Part shown: in pieces, positions 25,195-31,568 of the stretch
Position numbering within the stretch: position 1 is the first letter of the stretch
How the letters are laid out: each line of letters begins with the position of its first letter
DNA from: an uncultured Candidatus Saccharibacteria bacterium
Lineage (GTDB): Bacteria; Patescibacteriota; Minisyncoccia; Minisyncoccales; CAZWDF01
Direction of reading: 5' to 3'
Length of the DNA stretch: 31,568 nt
Assembly (NCBI GenBank): GCA_964632335.1
Contig: CAZWDF010000002.1
Location: 1 to 31,568 of the forward strand
Position numbers and translations under genes: made by a program
The notes under the pieces: generated by a model
Databases searched by the model: none
What the model saw: only the letters and a program-made list of their open reading frames with translations
Told to the model about the DNA's origin: nothing

Positions 25195-25383
25195 TCAAAC
25201 CCCGCCGTTTCCCTTTGTCTGCCTTAACCTTTCTATTTCCCCCTTATCAAGAAACCGAAGATGCCCGATGGCAAGGGGATGTAACTTCCCCGCCTTTATC
25301 CAGTCATAAATTGTTTGGCGGGACACCTTCAGCAGTTTAGCCGCCTCACTGAAGTTTACTAACCTTAGAATTATCTCATCCAT
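25195..25383 (-). CDS. Excisionase/HTH_17-like DNA-binding protein (start MDEIIL)
   Basis: NFSEAAKLLKVSRQTIYDWIKAGKL. Confidence 0.85.
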   Translation of the reverse strand: MDEIILRLVNFSEAAKLLKVSRQTIYDWIKAGKLHPLAIGHLRFLDKGEIERLRQTKGNGGV

Positions 25384-25402
25384 TTCCTTATTTCCTACCG
25401 TT

Positions 25403-25431
25403 ATTTTACACCATACCTTACAGTCTGTCAA
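25403..25431 (-). promoter_or_regulatory. Sigma70 promoter of the early/recombination operon
   Basis: TTGACA-17-TAAAAT. Confidence 0.75.
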
Positions 25432-25493
25432 GTGGTAAAACATTACAATTTTATGACAAAATGAGTAAATTATGTGCTGTTTTGGAAAGTTGA

Positions 25494-26399
25494 CTATACA
25501 TTATCCACTACTTTCCTTTTCGGGCGGTAATCCCCCGCCTGATTCCAGCAGACCTTGCACAGTTTCTTGTCTTTGAACCTAGAGGCAATAGCTTTATTTA
25601 CTGTCTCAAGGCGCTTAAAGCTACAATCCATTGTGGCAATGAGTGGCTTCTCAAACATGTAGAAGTGGTTTACCAAATCTTCAATAACCGCCACTTGGTA
25701 AGGCGTACCCTGCATCGCCATCAAGTCATCCAGGATCAGGAAGTCGCAATCTTTGAGTTCCTTGATTATGCCCTCTGGCCGATCTGTATCTGTCTCCATA
25801 CCCAGCCTCAGCCGGTGCATCAAGTTCCGCACATCGACAAACTTTACCCACAACCCCCGATCCTTCGCCTCCAGTCCAGCAGCAAAGGCAATGTGGCTCT
25901 TCCCGCAACCGTTCACGCCGTATATCAGGAGTAATTTATACTCCGATTGCCCCTTAGATAGTACCCAAGCCGAATGAGCCGCATCATCTATCCCAGGCAC
26001 TTCCCAGTTTAGACTCTCGAACCGGCACTCCCGCCGTGTCTCCGGTATGCCAGAGTGTGCCAGTATTCTCTCTTTCTTCTCGTCTTCCCAGGCTGAGCAA
26101 TGAGGACATGGGGTAACCGTAGTGTCTTCATGGTCTCTTGTCACGATCCAGCCAATATCTAGGCAAGTGAGGCAAGAGGCTTCCCGGTAGGGGTCTACCT
26201 TAGAGGCCACCAGCGGCACCTTCACCCCCATAAACTCATGCCATAACTCAAACTGCCGACCTTTCGGTAAGGTATCGAGCTCAGGATGCAAGTCTCGAAA
26301 CTTTTTCCGCAGCGCGAGCGCCTCTTCCCAAAGATCCTCAAAAGTCTGGGGGCTCGAAGTTATCTCCGAATCGGTCTGTTCCTGGCTTTGTGACATCAT
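25494..26399 (-). CDS. DnaC/IstB-like AAA+ helicase loader
   Basis: CLTC..CPHC Zn motif, Walker A GVNGCGKS, Walker B LILDD; downstream of the initiator. Confidence 0.85.
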   Translation of the reverse strand: MMSQSQEQTDSEITSSPQTFEDLWEEALALRKKFRDLHPELDTLPKGRQFELWHEFMGVKVPLVASKVDPYREASCLTCLDIGWIVTRDHEDTTVTPCPHCSAWEDEKKERILAHSGIPETRRECRFESLNWEVPGIDDAAHSAWVLSKGQSEYKLLLIYGVNGCGKSHIAFAAGLEAKDRGLWVKFVDVRNLMHRLRLGMETDTDRPEGIIKELKDCDFLILDDLMAMQGTPYQVAVIEDLVNHFYMFEKPLIATMDCSFKRLETVNKAIASRFKDKKLCKVCWNQAGDYRPKRKVVDNV

Positions 26400-27027
26400 T
26401 CTGCCTCTCTTTTTTTGCCCAATTTCTTAGTCTACTCTTCCAATCGGCCTTACTATGTTTTGACTTCCTGGAGTGCCAATCGCGGCATTGGCGCAAGTCT
26501 TCAAGGTTAAAATTAGGGTAGGAGACCATAAACTCCGCTAACCATACCGAATCACTCTCACTATCAGATTGCCCCCAGCTAGGTAATATTTGAAGATGTT
26601 TTACTTGAAGAGGACTCACTGAGGGCTCCATGAGGGCTCCGTGAGGGCTCAATGAGTCTGCATCGTGTAGTTTTGGTAAAGTCTTCAATTCTTCTTCTGG
26701 AGTAATGCTGCCTTGGTATTCACCCCAATTAAGAATAGTGATCCCATCTGAGTTCTCCGAAATGCGTACTTGTACTTTGAGTTTCACTAGGGTATTGTCA
26801 AGCAATTCAAGCGGGATATTAAATCGGTTAGCTAGATAACTATGAGGGAAAGGGAATCCCTCTCCTGACTGAATTATGCCAGGAACTCGGCACTCATTGG
26901 CTAAGGCAAGTAAATCCGCCCATATAGACCGCTCGGCTGGGTCTAAGTCAAAGCGGAGGGTGCCTTCAAGCCATTGATGTGTCCAGAGCTTTATCCACCA
27001 TCTCTTTTTTAGGCTGCCTCGCGCCAT
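26338..27027 (-). CDS. Phage replication initiator (replisome-organizer-like)
   Basis: WWIKLW..AERSIWADLLALA N-terminal domain; C-terminal CRDW..KADWKSRLRNW; internal iterons. Confidence 0.75.
   Translation of the reverse strand: MARGSLKKRWWIKLWTHQWLEGTLRFDLDPAERSIWADLLALANECRVPGIIQSGEGFPFPHSYLANRFNIPLELLDNTLVKLKVQVRISENSDGITILNWGEYQGSITPEEELKTLPKLHDADSLSPHGALMEPSVSPLQVKHLQILPSWGQSDSESDSVWLAEFMVSYPNFNLEDLRQCRDWHSRKSKHSKADWKSRLRNWAKKERQNDVTKPGTDRFGDNFEPPDF
26620..26652. repeat. Three tandem 11-bp iterons, candidate replication origin
   Basis: TGAGGGCTCCA / TGAGGGCTCCG / TGAGGGCTCAA next to an AT-rich stretch (26584-26609). Confidence 0.7.
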
Positions 27028-27175
27028 GTAATACTCCTAGTCCAGCTTGTAGACATTCCCTAACCAGCGCCGATTTTTCCTTTCCTTCTATAAGAGCTGT
27101 AGCTGCTAGCTCCCTCATCTGAGCATCGGAAAGTAAAACCACAAGACGATGTTTGTAGAACTTTCGCTCTTTCAC
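26966..27175 (-). CDS. Ribbon-helix-helix (CopG-like) regulator
   Basis: RLVVLLSDAQMRELA..KSALVRECL. Confidence 0.7.
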   Translation of the reverse strand: MKERKFYKHRLVVLLSDAQMRELAATALIEGKEKSALVRECLQAGLGVLHGARQPKKEMVDKALDTSMA

Positions 27176-27182
27176 AGTAGGA

Positions 27183-27210
27183 ATTATACTCCTATGTGCT
27201 TAAAAGTCAA
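27183..27210 (-). promoter_or_regulatory. Sigma70 promoter; probably leaderless RHH-initiator-loader transcript
   Basis: TTGACT-16-TATAAT, 7 nt before GTG 27175. Confidence 0.65.
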
Positions 27211-27320
27211 TACTTTGATGTGCATAAAATACACTCTATTTTTAGAGTTTTAGTGTAATAAAGTTTACTTTTGCTCTTCCTCTTCCTCTTATATCTTTAT
27301 ATTATAATAGTAGAGGGGGG

Positions 27321-27512
27321 TTATAGGGGGGATTTTGGGGTATTGCCCTTCGTCAAGTCGTAAGCCTTCCAGCCCAGCCATGACAAACGGCGTGAGGCTA
27401 ATCTTTCCTCTAGCCAGATAAGCCCCGGTAGATGCAAAACAGCCATAGCAACTTCCACATGGAAGAAAACATGATACGCAAGCCAGCGTTGAATCTTCCA
27501 GCTAGTTTTCAT
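27321..27512 (-). CDS. Small Trp-rich hypothetical protein
   Basis: SD GGAGGT. Confidence 0.5.
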   Translation of the reverse strand: MKTSWKIQRWLAYHVFFHVEVAMAVLHLPGLIWLEERLASRRLSWLGWKAYDLTKGNTPKSPL

Positions 27513-27528
27513 TTTACCTCCCTGAGGG

Positions 27529-28191
27529 TTAGCCTAGAATCTGCCTTAGTTGCTTGTGGGCTATTCTCTTGACTGCGCGTATAAGTAGGAGACTGTGGAC
27601 TTTTCTCCTAAACTTACTTTTCTGTAATAAGCTATGGCAGCTTCTACATAAGATAATTAAGTTACTTTCCTTATTGTTATTTCTATCATAGTCTATATGG
27701 TGTGTAACATACATACCTTTCTCTATTATTGGTTTATGGCATAACTGGCAGGAGCAATCATCCCTCTTTAGAATATCTGGTCTTATAGTATAAAACTCTG
27801 CTGGATACCTTCCCGGATAGCCACCCTTCCAATTAGGGTTTAATTCCCTTATCCTACCAAACATAGGATTATTAGCTCCAAGTAGCCTTTTGCTTCGGTT
27901 TTCTCTATCAGCTAGTGCTGCTTGCCGAATCTTTTGTTTAGTCTCTTCTGATACGGGGTGAGTATCCCAATAACCGCGATAACCTATTGGAGCAGTTCGG
28001 ATTTTCTCCTTTACTTCCTTTGGTAAGTTAGCCATTGCTATCTTAGTAGCTTCGCTCGTCCTTTTCCTTTGTTCTGGCGTACGAACTCTCCCTTTGTTAG
28101 CTATACTCACCTTCAGCCTAAATTCAGGAGTAGTATGGGTAGCTCTTAACCTCTCTAATTGGCTCCCACTATAATGGCTACCTTTTTTCAT
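27529..28191 (-). CDS. NUMOD3-like plus HNH endonuclease
   Basis: NPMFG/NPNWKGG motifs; CQLC..THHIDYDRNNNKESNLIILCRSCH; AT-rich. Confidence 0.85.
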   Translation of the reverse strand: MKKGSHYSGSQLERLRATHTTPEFRLKVSIANKGRVRTPEQRKRTSEATKIAMANLPKEVKEKIRTAPIGYRGYWDTHPVSEETKQKIRQAALADRENRSKRLLGANNPMFGRIRELNPNWKGGYPGRYPAEFYTIRPDILKRDDCSCQLCHKPIIEKGMYVTHHIDYDRNNNKESNLIILCRSCHSLLQKSKFRRKVHSLLLIRAVKRIAHKQLRQILG

Positions 28192-28787
28192 CCCATTATC
28201 TGCCTTGCCTGTTTTTGAGCCTCATCTTTGGCTTGAGCTATATTGATATAATGCTGTCCAATCTCGATACTTTTCCAGCCCATAAAGTAGGAAAGTGCCG
28301 GCGCACTCATTCCCTTAGTAGCTAAGATTGTTGCACAAGTCGCTCGTAAGGCATGGCAAAAGGTAGTATTATACGCCAATCCTCTTTGATGAATCTTAGC
28401 TCTTGAGGCTACTTGTTTAAGTCTCCACCATAGTGATTGTCTTGTTTTTTGGAAGCCTTTGGGGGATAATCGTAGAAACTCTTGGAGGTCTGCTAGTAAT
28501 GGTGTTGTTACTGGGATTGTTCTCACACTTGTTTTAGTCTTAGGATACCACATACCCTTGCATCTGCTACAATCACATGGCTGCGATTCTGGAATGCTGA
28601 TTTCTAAACCAGTAAGAGTATTATGTACCCATTCCGCATTAAGATGAGCAACCTCAGATACCCTCAACCCAGCATAGAGGCAGAGCTTGATTAGAACTTT
28701 ATCCTCTAGGCTCTGACAGGCGTGTATAAGGGCATCCCTTTGCTCTTCGCCTAGGGCGTATCGCTCACTAGCACCCCGTTTAGGCAT
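28188..28787 (-). CDS. Short tyrosine recombinase/integrase (catalytic domain only, SNJ2-like)
   Basis: GLRVSE (R), PKT (K), HALR (HxxR), MGW (W), HY (Y); Cys insert PCDCSRC before WYPKT; 199 aa. Confidence 0.85.
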   Translation of the reverse strand: MPKRGASERYALGEEQRDALIHACQSLEDKVLIKLCLYAGLRVSEVAHLNAEWVHNTLTGLEISIPESQPCDCSRCKGMWYPKTKTSVRTIPVTTPLLADLQEFLRLSPKGFQKTRQSLWWRLKQVASRAKIHQRGLAYNTTFCHALRATCATILATKGMSAPALSYFMGWKSIEIGQHYINIAQAKDEAQKQARQIMG

Positions 28788-28790
28788 TGT

Positions 28791-29561
28791 TCACTCTTGG
28801 CTTCTTTGATTCGGCTTTTTAGGCTCTGTAGGGCTTTCAGGTATTTCTCCCATGCCCCGTCTGATTGGCTCACTTTTCTCCGGTAGTGCTACTTTCTCTG
28901 CTACGGTTCGCGGTCTTTCTTTTTCGGTAACGCTAACGACTTTGGGTTTACGTGATAGCTCTAGGGTTTGTGGTTCCATGGGCTCATTATGCCGCGCTGC
29001 ATCTATGGAGTATTGAAGGAACTCCCAATCGCCAAGATTCATTATACGAGAACACAAATCCTTGCCTACCATATCGGTAATGTATTGCTTAGCTTGGATG
29101 CCACACTGGAAGAAGAAGACATGAGAACAGCGCCCGAAGAAGCGCTTGTTAATCTCCTGGATTCGCTGCGTTACGGCGATGATGCCTATGCCCCAATTTC
29201 GCCCGACATTTATGAGTTCCGAAGTCCACGTTCCGAACCTCATATATTGCCCGATGTAAAGGTCAGCCTCTTCGATGATAAATTGAAAGTCCTTGACAGA
29301 ACACAAGTATTCACAGACATTATTAAACTCTATGATGCTATCGGAATTCTTTGGCAGGTATCGACATTTATCAGGGAAGTTCCGATATTGTTTAAGTGGA
29401 TCATAGATAAGTAATCGATCTTCAGGAATTGCTGAGGCAAGATACTTAGCCATCGTGGTCTTGCCACTACCAGGCATACCACAGATAAGGATTCTATCTG
29501 TGCTACTCATGGGGCGCAGTTGCCCGATGTCGCTATTGGATTGGTTGCTCGGCTCCGGCAT
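28791..29561 (-). CDS. FtsK/HerA-superfamily (A32-like) genome-packaging ATPase
   Basis: Walker A GMPGSGKT, IYDP, Walker B IIEEAD, GRNWGIGIIAVTQR arginine-finger/sensor motif. Confidence 0.85.
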   Translation of the reverse strand: MPEPSNQSNSDIGQLRPMSSTDRILICGMPGSGKTTMAKYLASAIPEDRLLIYDPLKQYRNFPDKCRYLPKNSDSIIEFNNVCEYLCSVKDFQFIIEEADLYIGQYMRFGTWTSELINVGRNWGIGIIAVTQRIQEINKRFFGRCSHVFFFQCGIQAKQYITDMVGKDLCSRIMNLGDWEFLQYSIDAARHNEPMEPQTLELSRKPKVVSVTEKERPRTVAEKVALPEKSEPIRRGMGEIPESPTEPKKPNQRSQE

Positions 29562-29766
29562 CGGCTAACCTTTTGGCTATTTCGATTATCTTGGCCTGGG
29601 CTTCGGGATTGTTGTCTAGCCTCTGTATAATCTCGGGTATGGCGGGCAAAAACATCTTAAGTATCATACCTTGCATACCGCCGATGCCCTTGATTTGCTC
29701 CTCATACTCCAGATATAGGTTTTGTATCTCTTGGGCTAACTGCGTCTTTAGCTCTACGTTTTCCAC
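29533..29766 (-). CDS. Helical hypothetical protein (probable GTG start 29766)
   Basis: SD GGGAGG before GTG; overlaps the ATPase start. Confidence 0.5.
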   Translation of the reverse strand: MENVELKTQLAQEIQNLYLEYEEQIKGIGGMQGMILKMFLPAIPEIIQRLDNNPEAQAKIIEIAKRLADAGAEQPIQ

Positions 29767-30040
29767 GTCTAGCCTCCCTTTTCTTCTCAACTTCCCTGTG
29801 GTGTTCGACATTGAAGACGACCCCGCAATCGCAATAACCGCCATGTTCCTTAGAGTAGGCTATGTATTCCTTCGGGCCTGTAATGCCTAAAGTTGCTAAG
29901 GATGAGGCGAAGAAAGCCAAGTTACCTTTGCAGTTCCATGTAATAGATTCTACCCCACATGACTTCTTCTCAGGACATTTATTGCACGTTTTTCTTTTGG
30001 GATATTTCTCACATCGGAAATCGCACTTCTCCTCAGTCAA
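29702..30040 (-). CDS. DUF2695-like Cys-rich protein
   Basis: HGGYCDCGVVFN motif. Confidence 0.5.
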   Translation of the reverse strand: MTEEKCDFRCEKYPKRKTCNKCPEKKSCGVESITWNCKGNLAFFASSLATLGITGPKEYIAYSKEHGGYCDCGVVFNVEHHREVEKKREARRGKRRAKDAVSPRDTKPISGV

Positions 30041-30078
30041 TTCAATAGCCTTGTCTAAGAGGTTCAGGTCTATCGTAT

Positions 30079-30567
30079 TTATGCTCCTTCTCTTGCCTCT
30101 TTGATTTCCTTTTCCTTCTCAGGCATTGCCCCTACTGGTTTTTCCTTTGAGCCTAGCGCTCCGCCTTGCCTCCGCCAAATGCCATAACCTACCACACGGC
30201 CACCGTAGAGCGTGGCTATGAGAAGTAGAAGTTGAATCTTGGCATCCATTTCGATGTTCAGAGCGTTGACGAGCTCTACCACATCGTTTAGCTCCTCTGG
30301 TGATAACTTCCAGCCTTCCCACTTGGTAAGAGTAGCTAAAAGTTCACCAGGCAGCCCTGCTGCCCCCCGGATGAAGGAAGGCATCAGGGGAGCCTTCCCA
30401 GGGGCAGCCACAGCGCCAGGAGGGGGCTTTTCAGCCTCTTCCTTCTCTCCCTCCTGCCTGATTGTCTCTGCCGTTATCGGTGGCTCATATTCGCCCTCCG
30501 TGGGCTTGAATGGCGATGATAAAGGTGGGGCTGTTTCGTCTTTGGAATCGGGATGCTGCATTGTCAT
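30079..30567 (-). CDS. Membrane protein upstream of the packaging ATPase
   Basis: Acidic/Pro-rich N-terminus, TM IQLLLLIATLYGGRVVGYGIW. Confidence 0.55.
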   Translation of the reverse strand: MTMQHPDSKDETAPPLSSPFKPTEGEYEPPITAETIRQEGEKEEAEKPPPGAVAAPGKAPLMPSFIRGAAGLPGELLATLTKWEGWKLSPEELNDVVELVNALNIEMDAKIQLLLLIATLYGGRVVGYGIWRRQGGALGSKEKPVGAMPEKEKEIKEAREGA

Positions 30568-30594
30568 TGAGTATTATTCCTTTCTTGAATTATT

Positions 30595-30882
30595 TTAGGC
30601 TAAGTCAAATATGCTTCTCTCTTTACAATAAAGGTCTTGAGCCTCACTCATCTCTATTTCTAACCATGCACCAGCTAGTTCAAAAGTTTTACTACGAATA
30701 AAACCAACAGTCGCTTTTGGATGAATGGCTTGGGCGATAGGCTCAAAATACTTGATTGCTTCGACCAATTCAGTTGTGATTTTAGGAGGCTCCCCAAAGA
30801 GACTGACTATAGGGTTCGGGTGATGTTCCCTCACCCAACCAAGTAAGCCCTCTGGTGGCTTAACTATTTCGCCTCTTGGCAT
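30595..30882 (-). CDS. Hypothetical protein
   Basis: SD AAAGGAG; co-oriented. Confidence 0.5.
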   Translation of the reverse strand: MPRGEIVKPPEGLLGWVREHHPNPIVSLFGEPPKITTELVEAIKYFEPIAQAIHPKATVGFIRSKTFELAGAWLEIEMSEAQDLYCKERSIFDLA

Positions 30883-30895
30883 CTTAATCTCCTTT

Positions 30896-31420
30896 CTAAT
30901 CTAAATCGCTAAATGGTAGAAAGCTAAATTTGTATTTTTCTTTCTTCTGGGATGATTCAGGTGACCCGGGAGACTCTTGAGCTTCTAGGGGAGGGTTATG
31001 ATTGGGAGCTATCATATCAAGCTGACCATCAGTAAGGGGTATCTTTTTCGCTGGGTGCTTTGGCTTCACTCTAGGCTTCGGGGCTAAGCCCTCTTTCGCA
31101 AGGTGCTGGAACTCGCTCTCTGATATGCGCCAGGTATTACCCGTTGGGCGAGTTGCCTTGATGATTTTTGCGTTAATCAGGTGGCTAATCCACGCCCGAG
31201 AATATCCGAAATGCTTGGCTAGGTCTTGAACGCTGTAGTATTTACCGTCAAGGATTCCCTTCGTTTGCTCTGGCGTAGTAGTCGTTTTCTTTAGCTTTGT
31301 TGATGCTGGCGGTTGCTCAGACTTTGGCTGCTCTGGCGTGGTGGTCTTTTCCCCTATAGGTGCTGGTGGCTGCTCTTGTTTAGCTTGCTCTTCCTTCGGT
31401 TTTTCTTCTTCCCCTGCCAT
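30896..31420 (-). CDS. HTH_17/excisionase-like DNA-binding protein with long Pro/Glu/Thr/Lys tails (start MAGEEE)
   Basis: YYSVQDLAKHFGYSRAWISHLI..IKATRPTGNTWRISESE. Confidence 0.75.
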   Translation of the reverse strand: MAGEEEKPKEEQAKQEQPPAPIGEKTTTPEQPKSEQPPASTKLKKTTTTPEQTKGILDGKYYSVQDLAKHFGYSRAWISHLINAKIIKATRPTGNTWRISESEFQHLAKEGLAPKPRVKPKHPAKKIPLTDGQLDMIAPNHNPPLEAQESPGSPESSQKKEKYKFSFLPFSDLD

Positions 31421-31440
31421 ATCGCCTCCTTCTGCTAAAT

Positions 31441-31469
31441 ACTGTAGCGATTTCTGCAATTAAAATCAA
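31441..31469 (-). promoter_or_regulatory. Candidate sigma70 promoter of the HTH-ATPase-integrase operon, divergent from the structural arm
   Basis: TTGATT-17-TACAGT upstream of SD GGAGG and ATG 31420. Confidence 0.5.
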
Positions 31470-31513
31470 GATGTTTACAGAATCTTATTGTTTTAGGAAA
31501 AGAGTAGCAGTTA

Positions 31514-31568
31514 TGCTATTGACCAGTGGTCGATACATCCTCCAAAATTTAAGGCATAGGAGCAAAGA
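31514..31568. repeat. 55-bp terminal direct repeat (copy 2)
   Basis: Exact copy of 1-55. Confidence 0.95.

Noticed and set aside
27220-27330. AT-rich tract with G-runs as a second origin or initiator remnant
   Set aside because: No iterons or ORF support; explained adequately as a promoter/terminator region

Overview
The window is most likely a complete circular virus genome of 31,513 bp: bases 1-55 recur exactly at 31514-31568. It has two convergent halves. The + strand (about 59-15624) is a morphogenesis arm: three paralogous capsid genes encoding four single-jelly-roll-like domains, spike/vertex proteins (one with four ~190-aa repeats), many small membrane proteins and tiny basic peptides. 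The - strand (about 15800-31420) carries an FtsK/HerA (A32-like) packaging ATPase, a short SNJ2-like tyrosine recombinase, a phage-type initiator with iterons, a DnaC-like loader, a PD-(D/E)XK nuclease with a putative annealing protein, VRR-NUC, two DNA methyltransferases and four HNH genes. No terminase, portal, HK97 capsid, tail tube or endolysin was recognised. The capsid motifs resemble, from memory, Halopanivirales capsid proteins (Thermus phage P23-77 VP16/VP17, halovirus SH1 VP4/VP7). The best interpretation is a tailless, internal-membrane icosahedral virus of that lineage with a bacterial host (sigma70 promoters, Shine-Dalgarno sites, DnaC-like loader), possibly Chloroflexota/Dehalococcoidia. 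Highlights: a head-to-tail fused double capsid domain flanked by two single ones, a dispersed 17-bp palindrome often adjacent to a stem, extreme synonymous recoding of the spike repeats, and a cytosine MTase whose 5' end is displaced by an HNH cassette. All family assignments are by eye from motifs; no searches were run.
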